Shown here piece after piece: positions 44,225-53,099 of a stretch of DNA of 64,000 nucleotides (position 1 is the first letter of the stretch; each line of letters opens with the position of its first letter). Where the stretch lies: contig CAYQPN010000002.1 of NCBI GenBank assembly GCA_964419675.1, forward strand, positions 67,073-131,072, in the 5' to 3' direction. The notes beneath the pieces are model-generated. The model had not been told where the DNA came from. It saw only the letters and a list, made by a program, of their open reading frames with translations, and ran no database searches. The translations under genes were made by a program, and so were the position numbers. The stretch comes from an uncultured Candidatus Saccharibacteria bacterium. Its GTDB lineage: Bacteria; Patescibacteriota; Saccharimonadia; Saccharimonadales; SZUA-47.

Positions 44225-45352
44225 TTATACTACTGCTGGTTCTCTATCTGTACGTCGCTTTTTTGCACGTAGTGCATCAGCTGCACGGGCATGAGCTTGT
44301 ACTCTATCAGCTCCTGATAGTACTTTCTTGACTGTTGCTTCTCGCTTAGGAGCAGCTTTAACTTCTACAGTACTAACTCTACCCTGCTCTGTAGCTTGTA
44401 ACTGAGCTAAGCGAGCCATTTGTGCTTCTATCATTTGCTGTGCGTGAGCTTTTTCAGCTTCTATTCTTTGCACTTCCGCAGTTTTTTGCGCAGCAATTCT
44501 GCTATCTAACTTGCCAAGCCTTTTTTCGGCTTTTGTAGCTCGTCTTTCACTAAGTCGTTTTGCAACCTTTTCTCTTACAGTTGCTCTAGTTTCAAGTGTT
44601 GCATCTACAACCCGGTTCTTACCGTTTACGGTTTTTTCAGCGGTAAATCTACCAGCTGATTTAACTCCTTCAGCGGTTGCTACTGCACCTCGAACTGTTA
44701 CGTCCTTAGTACGTCTTGCACCGTTCTTAGTTTTTTCAGCGGTAAATCTACCAGCTGATTTAACTCCTTCAGCGGTTGCTACTGCACCTCGAACTGTTAC
44801 GTCCTTAGTACGTCTTGCACCGTTCTTAGTTTTTTCAGCGGTAAATCTACCAGCTGATTTAACTTTGTCAGATGCGAATTCCGCACCTGCAACAGTAGTG
44901 TCTTTTACTTTGTTACCAATTTCAACTCTTTTATCCCCTACAGATTCGGCGCTTGAGAAGTTAACATTATTAACAAATTCTCCGCTATCATCTACTTCAT
45001 ATTTATATGTTAGCTTTGTTGTATCTACTGTTGCTCCAAAACGGTCAAGTTGCTTTGCAATCTTTCTGTCTTTACGTAACTGTAGAGCATCTTTTGCTAA
45101 GCTAGGTGCCTCTTTGAGGTTAACTGCTCCGGCAATAGTGGCATCTGCAAGATGTAGTGCTCCTCGTCCTATTGCTTTAACCGCGCTTCTTAGTCTCTTA
45201 GTTTTTTCTACTGACTGCATTGTGTCTGCAGTATCAAGTAACCCAAGCATTGGGTCTGTTGCTTCAGCAACAATCGGCGGCACTCCTAAGGTGCCTTCAA
45301 CTGGTGGTGCTGGCGCTTCTACTACTGGTGCTGGTGCTTCTGCTCCTGGCAT
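44225..45352 (-). CDS. Hypothetical repeat-containing coiled-coil protein (Pro/Ala-rich N-terminus, 33-aa tandem repeats, Ala/Gln/Lys-rich helical C-terminus)
   Basis: 375 aa with SD AAGGAAG, a consensus promoter upstream and a terminator downstream. The repeat unit VKSAGRFTAEKTKNGARRTKDVTVRGAVATAEG occurs twice exactly, plus partial copies. Confidence 0.75.
   Translation of the reverse strand: MPGAEAPAPVVEAPAPPVEGTLGVPPIVAEATDPMLGLLDTADTMQSVEKTKRLRSAVKAIGRGALHLADATIAGAVNLKEAPSLAKDALQLRKDRKIAKQLDRFGATVDTTKLTYKYEVDDSGEFVNNVNFSSAESVGDKRVEIGNKVKDTTVAGAEFASDKVKSAGRFTAEKTKNGARRTKDVTVRGAVATAEGVKSAGRFTAEKTKNGARRTKDVTVRGAVATAEGVKSAGRFTAEKTVNGKNRVVDATLETRATVREKVAKRLSERRATKAEKRLGKLDSRIAAQKTAEVQRIEAEKAHAQQMIEAQMARLAQLQATEQGRVSTVEVKAAPKREATVKKVLSGADRVQAHARAADALRAKKRRTDREPAVV
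44631..44864. repeat. Perfect 99-bp tandem repeat (about 2.4 copies) inside the coding sequence
   Basis: Units 44641-44739 and 44740-44838 are identical by hand comparison. A third copy matches for 26 nt (44839-44864). Ten further nt of identity precede the first unit. Confidence 0.95.
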
Positions 45353-45428
45353 AATTATTTCTTCTTCCTTCTTTTATTGATTAGTTTGTTTTTTTGTTTT
45401 AGTTTTAGTTTTAGATATTTACCAAGTT

Positions 45429-45457
45429 ATTATAGCAAATGCTTGACGTTATGTCAA
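45429..45457 (-). promoter_or_regulatory. Consensus sigma70 promoter of the repeat-protein gene
   Basis: On the minus strand: TTGACA (45457-45452), 17 nt, TGCTATAAT (extended -10; TATAAT at 45434-45429). Confidence 0.65.
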
Positions 45458-45459
45458 TA

Positions 45460-45594
45460 CTATTTATTTAAACTTAAGCTTATTTCTGTTTTTTCTAAAA
45501 CAAAAACAGTTGGAGTTTCCTCGAAGAGTAATCTAAAAGAAATGACTTCTGGTGCAGTGTCTTCGTATTGAACGTTGATCTTTTTGTGAAACAT
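45460..45594 (-). CDS. Possible small protein (44 aa)
   Basis: MFHKKINVQYEDTAPEVISFRLLFEETPTVFVLEKTEISLSLNK is the part of track ORF 45460-45648 that lies downstream of the predicted start site of the 45620-45648 promoter. No clear SD. Confidence 0.3.
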   Translation of the reverse strand: MFHKKINVQYEDTAPEVISFRLLFEETPTVFVLEKTEISLSLNK

Positions 45595-45619
45595 TTTTAT
45601 CTTTTGATTTAACTGCTTC

Positions 45620-45648
45620 ATTATAGCAAAAATGTTACTATTTGTCAA
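45620..45648 (-). promoter_or_regulatory. Second consensus sigma70 promoter (tandem with 45429-45457)
   Basis: On the minus strand: TTGACA (45648-45643), 17 nt, TGCTATAAT (TATAAT at 45625-45620). Confidence 0.6.
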
Positions 45649-45678
45649 TCCGCATTGTTTACTGCTACTCTGTTAATA

Positions 45679-46758
45679 ATGATTATTCTAGGGATTGAAA
45701 CAAGTTGTGACGAGACGGCTGCCGCGGTTGTTAAAGATGGCAGTACGTTATTGTCAAATGTAGTCTTCAGTTCTATGGACTTACATAAAATTTACGGTGG
45801 TGTTGTGCCTGAAATTGCCGCTCGCTCTCATATTGAGTCTATAGTTTCCGTCATAGAACAGGCTGTTGAGCCTGTTGGTTGGCAAAACATCGACGCTATT
45901 GCGGTGACTCATGGCGCGGGCCTGGGTGGCAGTTTATTAGTTGGGGTTATGACTGCCAAAACACTTGCAATTATTATGCACAAACCGCTATACGCTATTA
46001 ACCACGTTGAAGGACACGTCTACGCAAATTTCATCACTGAAATTGGCGTAAATACGAAATCCGAAGCACTAAATAACAAACTCGAACTTCCCAAACACGC
46101 ACCAGAATTCCCAATGTTAGCTCTAATAGTCTCTGGTGGACATTCGCAACTTGTCTTATTTCGAAATCATTTTGACTATACATTGCTGGGTCAAACCCGC
46201 GACGACGCCATTGGTGAAGCTTTTGATAAAGTAGCAAAAATTACCGGTCTTCCCTACCCCGGCGGACCAAGTATTGCAAAAGCTGCTGAAAGTGGAGACC
46301 CAACAAAATACAAATTACCAAAATCTAAACTAGACCAAAAATACGAATTTAGTTTCAGTGGAATAAAAACAGCCGTTTTAAGGCTTGCCCAAGAACTAGT
46401 TGGTAAAGATTACACCTTCCCCTCCCATAAACTGCCAGAGGCGCTCTCAGAGACTCAAAAGAATGATATTTCTGCCAGCTTCCAACGCGTAGCTATCGAA
46501 ACAGTCGTAGATAAGGCTGTTTTAGCCTATGAAGAGTTTCAGCCAAAGTCAGTGGTAATAGCTGGTGGGGTCGCCGCCAATCAAGAACTACGCCGTCAAT
46601 TATCAGATAGAATCCCAATTGAAGTTCAATATCCTGACATTAAACTCTGTACAGACAACGCCGCCATGATAGCATCTCTCGGTTGTTTCAAAATGAAACA
46701 CAATCAACCCGTAGCCGACCCATATACTCTCCAAATCGAACCAAACTTAAGCATGTAG
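45679..46758 (+). CDS. tsaD: tRNA N6-adenosine threonylcarbamoyltransferase
   Basis: MIILGIETSCDETAAAVV, NHVEGHV, ALIVSGGHSQL, GLPYPGGP, VIAGGVAAN. The start is set at ATG 45679. Confidence 0.93.
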   Translation: MIILGIETSCDETAAAVVKDGSTLLSNVVFSSMDLHKIYGGVVPEIAARSHIESIVSVIEQAVEPVGWQNIDAIAVTHGAGLGGSLLVGVMTAKTLAIIMHKPLYAINHVEGHVYANFITEIGVNTKSEALNNKLELPKHAPEFPMLALIVSGGHSQLVLFRNHFDYTLLGQTRDDAIGEAFDKVAKITGLPYPGGPSIAKAAESGDPTKYKLPKSKLDQKYEFSFSGIKTAVLRLAQELVGKDYTFPSHKLPEALSETQKNDISASFQRVAIETVVDKAVLAYEEFQPKSVVIAGGVAANQELRRQLSDRIPIEVQYPDIKLCTDNAAMIASLGCFKMKHNQPVADPYTLQIEPNLSM

Positions 46759-46773
46759 AAATGTAGCGAAATA

Positions 46774-47484
46774 CTAGGCGGCTAGTAGCTGGCCTGATGT
46801 TGTATACACTGGCGTATTAGGGAAATAAGTTCGTATAGCAGTGACTCTGTCAATCTGTTGTGACATTGCTTCTGGAATTACCATACCGGCTATTGCACCT
46901 CGTGGCACTCCGCCCAATATTGCTGCCGTATCCTCGGAACTTCTACTGGTAGGCGGACGAACAAAATCTTGCATTTCCGGATCACGATAGCCATCGCGCT
47001 GCATTAATCCATCCATTCCTTCAGCCTGCGGATCAACAATAAAAGTAACTCCGCGCAATAGAAGTCTTTCTCCTTTTTGAGTCTTAATATTACCTTTCAC
47101 CAGAGGTTCTTTCGCCGAAATCATATAGTCTTCTAACGTAGTATCTGCAGGAACCCTAAAGAAGTCTGCACATCCGTGCGTCTCAGAATCTTCACTTATA
47201 CCTATCAGCTCCCCAGACAAGATGCCTTTTTCTGCAACCCCAGCTAAAGCCTCTTCGCTAAACCCATACATCCCCATGCCGTGCAGTAGTGTTCCTTCGG
47301 GTAATGTGGGGTCACCCGAGGCAAGAGACTCACGAAGTGGACTGTACAAATCTCGCTCATTCAATTCATGCCAGGTTGATAATTGACTATCTAGCATTTG
47401 CATACCCTGCTCGCCCAGCCTAGACTCCATTTGCTGGTAAGGCCTTGTTATTGTGTCTACTGGTGATTGAGCTATTTCACTCAT
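46774..47484 (-). CDS. Hypothetical protein (third gene of an unknown operon)
   Basis: 236 aa with no signal peptide and no recognisable motif. Confidence 0.6.
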   Translation of the reverse strand: MSEIAQSPVDTITRPYQQMESRLGEQGMQMLDSQLSTWHELNERDLYSPLRESLASGDPTLPEGTLLHGMGMYGFSEEALAGVAEKGILSGELIGISEDSETHGCADFFRVPADTTLEDYMISAKEPLVKGNIKTQKGERLLLRGVTFIVDPQAEGMDGLMQRDGYRDPEMQDFVRPPTSRSSEDTAAILGGVPRGAIAGMVIPEAMSQQIDRVTAIRTYFPNTPVYTTSGQLLAA

Positions 47485-47517
47485 ACATTTTTATCCGATC
47501 TAATATTCATAGCTGTT

Positions 47518-48312
47518 CTACGCAAAACGTTTCATTACTTTTGCCGCAAATTGATCTGGGATGTCTTCAGTTGGTAGTGAACGATACCTCTTATCCTGTA
47601 AGGATACTAGTTCTTCCGCGCTCTTAACTCTGTAATTGTTTTCTAATGCTGTTCTGGCTCTATCAAACCACAATTTTCCTTCTGGTGTAGCCAACATTAT
47701 AACTAGGGTTACAGGATTGTATTTTGGAACTGGCAAAGTTGCCATTTCTGCCTCTCTACGTTTTTCCCAGACAGAAATATCTGGGGCATTGTTCATATAG
47801 TCTACAATGTGTCCTAATTCGTGCAGAAATATAAATCCAGCAAGAACCTTCGCATCTACGTTTTCACTATCAAACCCCATCTTCTCCATACTTGCTTTAA
47901 CTGACTCTCTCCGTTTTTTTAACAGGTTTTCGTAATGTTCCAAGCCATCATCAGTGTTAACTATAATTTCGTATTGCCCCGATTCAGTCTTCCCTGAGTG
48001 CATTGCGTGACCACCTGTTTCTTTTAAGACCGGATCGTCTGCTGAGCCTAGAGCGTGCACAATTATTCCTGAAAGCCTAGGTTCTATTCGTGTTGCCTCG
48101 GCGTATAAAATTGAAAACATTACGCCGAGCTCACCTTTTGATTGCAATAATTCTATATTCGCTTGGTAATTAGTTTGCCCTTCTTGCTCCTCTTTTCTGT
48201 CCGAATATAACTGTCCCAAACTGTCACCTTCAACTTGAGTAGTGGGCAAGACAGGTGCGTTGTTTAAGTAGACGACGTCCTCTGGCTGTGGTGGTACGGT
48301 TATGTCTGGCAT
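47518..48312 (-). CDS. Putative zinc metallopeptidase (HExxH)
   Basis: AGFIFLHELGHIVDY contains HELGH, with acidic residues (WEKRREAE) about 20 aa downstream. The motif is reminiscent of ImmA/IrrE-type (M78-like) or other zincins, but the family is not established. Confidence 0.6.
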   Translation of the reverse strand: MPDITVPPQPEDVVYLNNAPVLPTTQVEGDSLGQLYSDRKEEQEGQTNYQANIELLQSKGELGVMFSILYAEATRIEPRLSGIIVHALGSADDPVLKETGGHAMHSGKTESGQYEIIVNTDDGLEHYENLLKKRRESVKASMEKMGFDSENVDAKVLAGFIFLHELGHIVDYMNNAPDISVWEKRREAEMATLPVPKYNPVTLVIMLATPEGKLWFDRARTALENNYRVKSAEELVSLQDKRYRSLPTEDIPDQFAAKVMKRFA

Positions 48313-48315
48313 ACT

Positions 48316-49083
48316 TTATTGTCCTACATCAATTTGGGTTGGAAGCGCTGGTTCTTGCATGAAGTCAGGGTTCATAAAATAATTACCACTATCATCTATC
48401 AAACCGGCTATGTACTTTTGATTTACAACTTCTGCCTTGATGCCCATCGATGGTATATCACCGTACAAAAGTAGGTCTTCGGGCATTCCACCAGTAACCC
48501 TAAAAACATCGAGCCCCTGAGCAACACCTAAACCATCGCCCCACTGTTGCTTAAGACCCTCTGTTATTGGAAAAACCCCGAGCATTCTAAAGCCACCGCG
48601 CTTTACCTTCTGATCATCTCTCCCATAAAAACCATTTACTACGTGTTCTCTTATGAACCTTTCATCTGTAGTTCCCAAATATCCAGAATTAAATGTTAAG
48701 AACTGCTGAAGAATTCCGTCGTTGCCAGGGAGCTCTAAGCCTCCCCATTTTCTTAAGTATTCTTTACATTGTTCGACAGATTGAATACCCCTCTGATTAG
48801 TCCCTAGTACGTAATCACGGTATCCGGAGTGAGCCAACACTTCTTCCTGGGCTTTAGGTAGTTTACCTTTTGACAACTCTTCTATGCCTGCTGGGTTAGG
48901 TGCCCATTCGGTACTGCTCCGCTCTCTTTCCCTTTCATCCATTGGGACAACAGCAACAGCACCTCTAAGTACCGCGGGAATCATTTTCCTTGGAGGCTTG
49001 AGCGCATCCTGAGCAGTACTTTCAGCCCCTGTGGTTGTACCAGGCGAATGTATCTGTAGCCTTGGGCGTTTTGTATTTGTCAT
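48316..49083 (-). CDS. Hypothetical protein (first gene of an unknown operon)
   Basis: 255 aa with a disordered basic/Thr-rich N-terminus and no recognisable motif. It ends 3 nt upstream of the start of the next gene in the operon (47518-48312). Confidence 0.6.
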   Translation of the reverse strand: MTNTKRPRLQIHSPGTTTGAESTAQDALKPPRKMIPAVLRGAVAVVPMDERERERSSTEWAPNPAGIEELSKGKLPKAQEEVLAHSGYRDYVLGTNQRGIQSVEQCKEYLRKWGGLELPGNDGILQQFLTFNSGYLGTTDERFIREHVVNGFYGRDDQKVKRGGFRMLGVFPITEGLKQQWGDGLGVAQGLDVFRVTGGMPEDLLLYGDIPSMGIKAEVVNQKYIAGLIDDSGNYFMNPDFMQEPALPTQIDVGQ

Positions 49084-49109
49084 TTTTTTGTTTTTACCTT
49101 AACCTGTTT

Positions 49110-49138
49110 ACTATAGCAAATTTTTACTGTTTTGTCAA
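49110..49138 (-). promoter_or_regulatory. Near-consensus sigma70 promoter of the three-gene unknown operon
   Basis: On the minus strand: TTGACA (49138-49133), 17 nt, TGCTATAGT (TATAGT at 49115-49110). The sequence is clearly related to the 45620-45648 promoter (shared TATAGCAAA...TTACT...TTTGTCAATCC). Confidence 0.65.
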
Positions 49139-49498
49139 TCCCGCTCTACCCCACGTCCAAAGTACTGCGTTATACGAAATATAGACTTGTCTTGCTTATG
49201 CTTCTTTCCCCTGTTAAAATGAACTTGAAAACAAACAGCGTGAAAGTACTAGCCTGTCTGACTAGCGGGATCGAACTTACAAGAACAAAAAGCGAACACT
49301 AAATTGGTTTAGTTTTTGCGAATTCTTTGGGCACATAGCATTAGGGGATAGGGCGTATCTACCGTTGATGTTAGTTGCGCAAATTTCACGTGAAAATCTT
49401 ATGCTTATATCTGTTATTGCTTATACTTTGCCGGTAGGTATACCTCAGCGAATCGTTTTTTACTGGTTAGCAACAGAGATGATATACTAATACCAAGT

Positions 49499-52051
49499 AT
49501 GAAGTTGAGTAAAAGCTACAGTCCTTCTGACTACGAATCTGATATATATGACCTCTGGGAAAAAAGTGGTGCTTTTGCCCCTACGGGGAAGGGTGAACCG
49601 TTTTCTATGGTTATGCCCCCACCAAATGCTAATGCACCCCTTCACATTGGCCATTCTCTTAACTATTCAATAATGGACATAATTGCTCGTTATCAGAGGT
49701 CAAAAGGGAAGAGCGTATTATTTTTGCCCGGTGCCGATCATGCAGGTTTTGAGACTCAAGTTGTATACGAGAAAAAACTTACCCTTGAGGGGAAGAGCCG
49801 TTTTGATTTCAGCAGGGAAGAGCTATACAAACAAATCTATGATTATGTTGAAGAAAATAAGACTACTTTCGCCAACCAACTGAGAGCATTTGGCACTAGC
49901 TGTGATTGGGAATTTTATACCTATACCCTCGATGATAAAGTTATAAAAACCGCTTACTCTACCTTTAAAAAGATGTGGGACGATGGTCTTATTTACAGGG
50001 GTGAGCGCCTTGTAAATTATTGCACCCAACACCAAACTGGTTTTGCGGATATTGAGGTAGTTTATGAAGAGCGCACTACCCCGTTGTATTACTTAAAATA
50101 TGGCCCATTCACCCTTGCTACAACCCGCCCTGAAACTAAGTTTGGAGATACTGCTGTAGCAGTCCACCCAGATGACAAACGCTACAAACAATATATTGAT
50201 ACGATTATTACCGCCGAAGGTCTAAATGGCCCATTCAAAATTAAAGTTATTGCTGATGAGTACGTAGACCCTAAATTTGGTACTGGAGCAGTCAAAATTA
50301 CTCCTGCTCACGACTTTAACGACTGGGACGTAGCCCAGCGCCATAAATTACCAGTAGTAAAAGTTATAGATCTTGACGGAACAATGAACGAAAAGGCCGG
50401 CAAATACGCTGGTTTACCGGTAGCTGAAGCGCGTGAACAAATAGTAAAAGCTCTGGACGAAAAAGACCTACTAGAAAAAGTTGATAATGACTACCGTAAC
50501 AGAGTAGGTGTTTGTTATAAATGCGGAACAGTGATTGAGCCAATGTTGCTTGACCAGTGGTTTGTGGACATGAAAAAGCTGGCAGGCCCAGCAATAAAAG
50601 CGCTGGAAGATAAGAAGATTAAATTCTACCCATCACCAAAAAGAAAACAGACAATAAGCTACCTTGAAAATGTAAGAGATTGGAACATTAGCCGGCAGAT
50701 TGCCTGGGGAATCCCGATACCAGCCTTTCAAAACACTGAAGATAAAGATGATTGGATATTTGACGACCGAGTCGACCAAGAAACAATAGAGGTCAAAGGC
50801 AAGACTTATAAACGAGATCCGGACGTATTTGACACCTGGTTTTCTAGCGGACAATGGCCTTTTGTAACTCTTGATTTTCCGGACGGAAACGCCTTTAAAG
50901 ATTACTACCCAAACAGTCTGATGGAAACAGGGATAGATATCTTGTACCAATGGGTGGCGCGTATGCTTTGTCTGGGACTTTATATCACCGGAAAAGTGCC
51001 TTTTAGTGAAGTATACCTACATGGAATGGTTAGGTCTGAAGATGGCCGAAAAATGAGTAAAAGTCTTGGTAACGTGATTAATCCGCATAGTGTAATACAA
51101 GAATTCGGAGCCGATGCTCTTCGAATAGGAATTATAAGCGGTCGTAGCGCAGGCGACAGTTCTGCCTATGCCCCCGCCAAGGTAGTTGCAGGAAGAAATT
51201 TCTGTAACAAGCTATGGAACGTGGCACGATTTGTCGAAGGGGTCTTAGATAAAAAAAAGGACTTCCGCATTACGCCAGTTACGCCAGCCGATCATTGGGT
51301 GTTGAGTAAATTACAACATACCATAACAAATGTTTCTTCTCTTATGGACGAATACCGCATGAGCGAAGCTTACGAGATAATCTATCACTTTATCTGGAAT
51401 GACTTTGCAGACTGGTATATAGAAGGCAGTAAGAGGGAACTAAACCCGGGAGTTTTACGATATGTGCTGGAATCATCACTAAAGCTCGCTCACCCATTTG
51501 CCCCATTTGTTACAGAGACAATTTGGCAGACTCTAGATTGGACCGGAGATAAATTATTGGCTAACGAATTAATACCTAAGCCCCATGAATCTGACTCAAA
51601 GCGCGTGGCAGAATTTGACGAGATTATTAAGATTGTCACTGAAGTGAGGGCTCTTGTTTCTGTTCTACAAATCCGCACAACATCGTTATACTTCACTGAC
51701 GTTCCATTTTTAAGTGAACATTCAGAATTAATTACCAAGCTTGCCAGAATAGTTGGGGTTCACGAAGTGGAAGCAGGTAAAGGGCTACACTTAACTACTA
51801 CTAATTTTAACTGCTGGCTGGACGTGGATAGAGAAACGACGGAAGATTACGTACAAAAACTCAAAAAACAGCTTGAAGAGGCTGAAAATAAGGTAAAGGG
51901 CTATGAAAAACGTCTTGGCAACAAAGATTATATTAAAAAAGCACCTAAAGAACTGGTAGACGAAACTAAAAATGCTTTAGATGAGACAAAAATACTGCTC
52001 GAAAACACCAATAAAGAGATTTTAAGATTCAGCGAACCCGCTGAAGATTAA
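49499..52051 (+). CDS. valS: Valyl-tRNA synthetase
   Basis: PPPNANAPLHIGH (HIGH), KMSKSLGN (KMSKS), editing domain, C-terminal coiled coil. Confidence 0.97.
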   Translation: MKLSKSYSPSDYESDIYDLWEKSGAFAPTGKGEPFSMVMPPPNANAPLHIGHSLNYSIMDIIARYQRSKGKSVLFLPGADHAGFETQVVYEKKLTLEGKSRFDFSREELYKQIYDYVEENKTTFANQLRAFGTSCDWEFYTYTLDDKVIKTAYSTFKKMWDDGLIYRGERLVNYCTQHQTGFADIEVVYEERTTPLYYLKYGPFTLATTRPETKFGDTAVAVHPDDKRYKQYIDTIITAEGLNGPFKIKVIADEYVDPKFGTGAVKITPAHDFNDWDVAQRHKLPVVKVIDLDGTMNEKAGKYAGLPVAEAREQIVKALDEKDLLEKVDNDYRNRVGVCYKCGTVIEPMLLDQWFVDMKKLAGPAIKALEDKKIKFYPSPKRKQTISYLENVRDWNISRQIAWGIPIPAFQNTEDKDDWIFDDRVDQETIEVKGKTYKRDPDVFDTWFSSGQWPFVTLDFPDGNAFKDYYPNSLMETGIDILYQWVARMLCLGLYITGKVPFSEVYLHGMVRSEDGRKMSKSLGNVINPHSVIQEFGADALRIGIISGRSAGDSSAYAPAKVVAGRNFCNKLWNVARFVEGVLDKKKDFRITPVTPADHWVLSKLQHTITNVSSLMDEYRMSEAYEIIYHFIWNDFADWYIEGSKRELNPGVLRYVLESSLKLAHPFAPFVTETIWQTLDWTGDKLLANELIPKPHESDSKRVAEFDEIIKIVTEVRALVSVLQIRTTSLYFTDVPFLSEHSELITKLARIVGVHEVEAGKGLHLTTTNFNCWLDVDRETTEDYVQKLKKQLEEAENKVKGYEKRLGNKDYIKKAPKELVDETKNALDETKILLENTNKEILRFSEPAED

Positions 52052-52059
52052 TTTAACAC

Positions 52060-52929
52060 CTAAAACTCTAAGGCTTTTCGAATCTTCTCAACAGATTGCT
52101 GTGGCCGATAATCGTCAAACCACATTACCCGCCAACCAAGACGTTCAGCAGCCATAAGGTTTGTCCGACCATCATCTACAAATAGAATTTCGTTAGGTGC
52201 GACACCAGCAGCCTTGTTTGCTACATCATAAATAGTCTGTTCCGGTTTAATTGAACCAACCACAGAGGAGTCAATGACGGCGCTATACTCAACGTTTGGC
52301 AAAACGCCCTTGTCAATCATCATGTTTATAAACCCAGGCATGATGTTACTTAGTAGGCCGACTTTATAATGCTGTGCCGCCCAGACTACAAGTGACTGCA
52401 TTTCTTCAATCGGCTCTATAGCCTGAAGATAATATTTAGTCCAATCTAACTGTTTTAAGCCTAGCTTTTCGGCAAATTCACTATTAAACTCGTCTATAGC
52501 CATTTCGCCCCGGCAAACAGCATCGTTATAGTGCCAAAAAGTTGTTTCTACCAAATCACTTGGCACGCCAGTATCAATCGAAATTTGCGTAAACGCCGTG
52601 TGAAAAAACTGGACTAAACAGCCGTTAATATCAAGATAAAGAAAAGAAATACCGCTTTTTGATGTTTTTTTACTTTGACCAATAGTCTGCGTATCAGCAT
52701 CGACGATCGCGCCCAATAAATCGTCCATGCTAATACGCAAGATACTCGCAACTTTTTGAATTGTAAAAACTGAAGGGGATTTTATAGCTCCACGCTCAAT
52801 TTTTGCCAGGGTAGAGTAAGACAAACCAGCCTGATGACATAGTTCTTGTTGCGTTAAGCCCGCCGTTTGTCGCGCTTGTTGCAAAGCCTTGCCTAAAGCA
52901 AGTTCTGAATTAGCCCCACTCTCATCCAT
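52060..52929 (-). CDS. XRE-family HTH regulator fused to a HAD-like domain
   Basis: N-terminal HTH LTQQELCHQAGLSYSTLAKIERG. The C-terminal region has HAD-like motifs FLYLDINGCLV (DxN instead of DxD), GLLSN and LFVDDGRTN. Confidence 0.78.
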   Translation of the reverse strand: MDESGANSELALGKALQQARQTAGLTQQELCHQAGLSYSTLAKIERGAIKSPSVFTIQKVASILRISMDDLLGAIVDADTQTIGQSKKTSKSGISFLYLDINGCLVQFFHTAFTQISIDTGVPSDLVETTFWHYNDAVCRGEMAIDEFNSEFAEKLGLKQLDWTKYYLQAIEPIEEMQSLVVWAAQHYKVGLLSNIMPGFINMMIDKGVLPNVEYSAVIDSSVVGSIKPEQTIYDVANKAAGVAPNEILFVDDGRTNLMAAERLGWRVMWFDDYRPQQSVEKIRKALEF

Positions 52930-53099
52930 TCCGTTTTAGTCCCTCCAGACTTGAGAACTACACTTTTCCTACACCCGTTCTAAACTATCTCGCTAAAGTT
53001 TGACGGGAACCATAACCATATCGTACCAGTTATTGGCCTTTAACTACAATTAATTAGTACTAAAAGGCTACAATCAATTTACTATTCTTTACTTAATTG

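Noticed and set aside
44631-44864. CRISPR-like or satellite interpretation of the 99-bp repeats
   Set aside because: The repeats are directly tandem with no spacers. They lie in frame within a coding sequence and encode a 33-aa protein repeat.
44511-45380. 289-aa plus-strand ORF antisense to the repeat protein
   Set aside because: The translation is a Ser/Ala/Leu/Val-rich mirror typical of antisense frames. The minus-strand gene has the consensus promoter, the SD (AAGGAAG) and the terminator.
49139-49498. T-box riboswitch upstream of valS
   Set aside because: I found no conserved T-box sequence (AAnnnGGGTGGTACCGCG-like), no convincing Stem I/specifier loop with a GUN codon, and no terminator/antiterminator pair.
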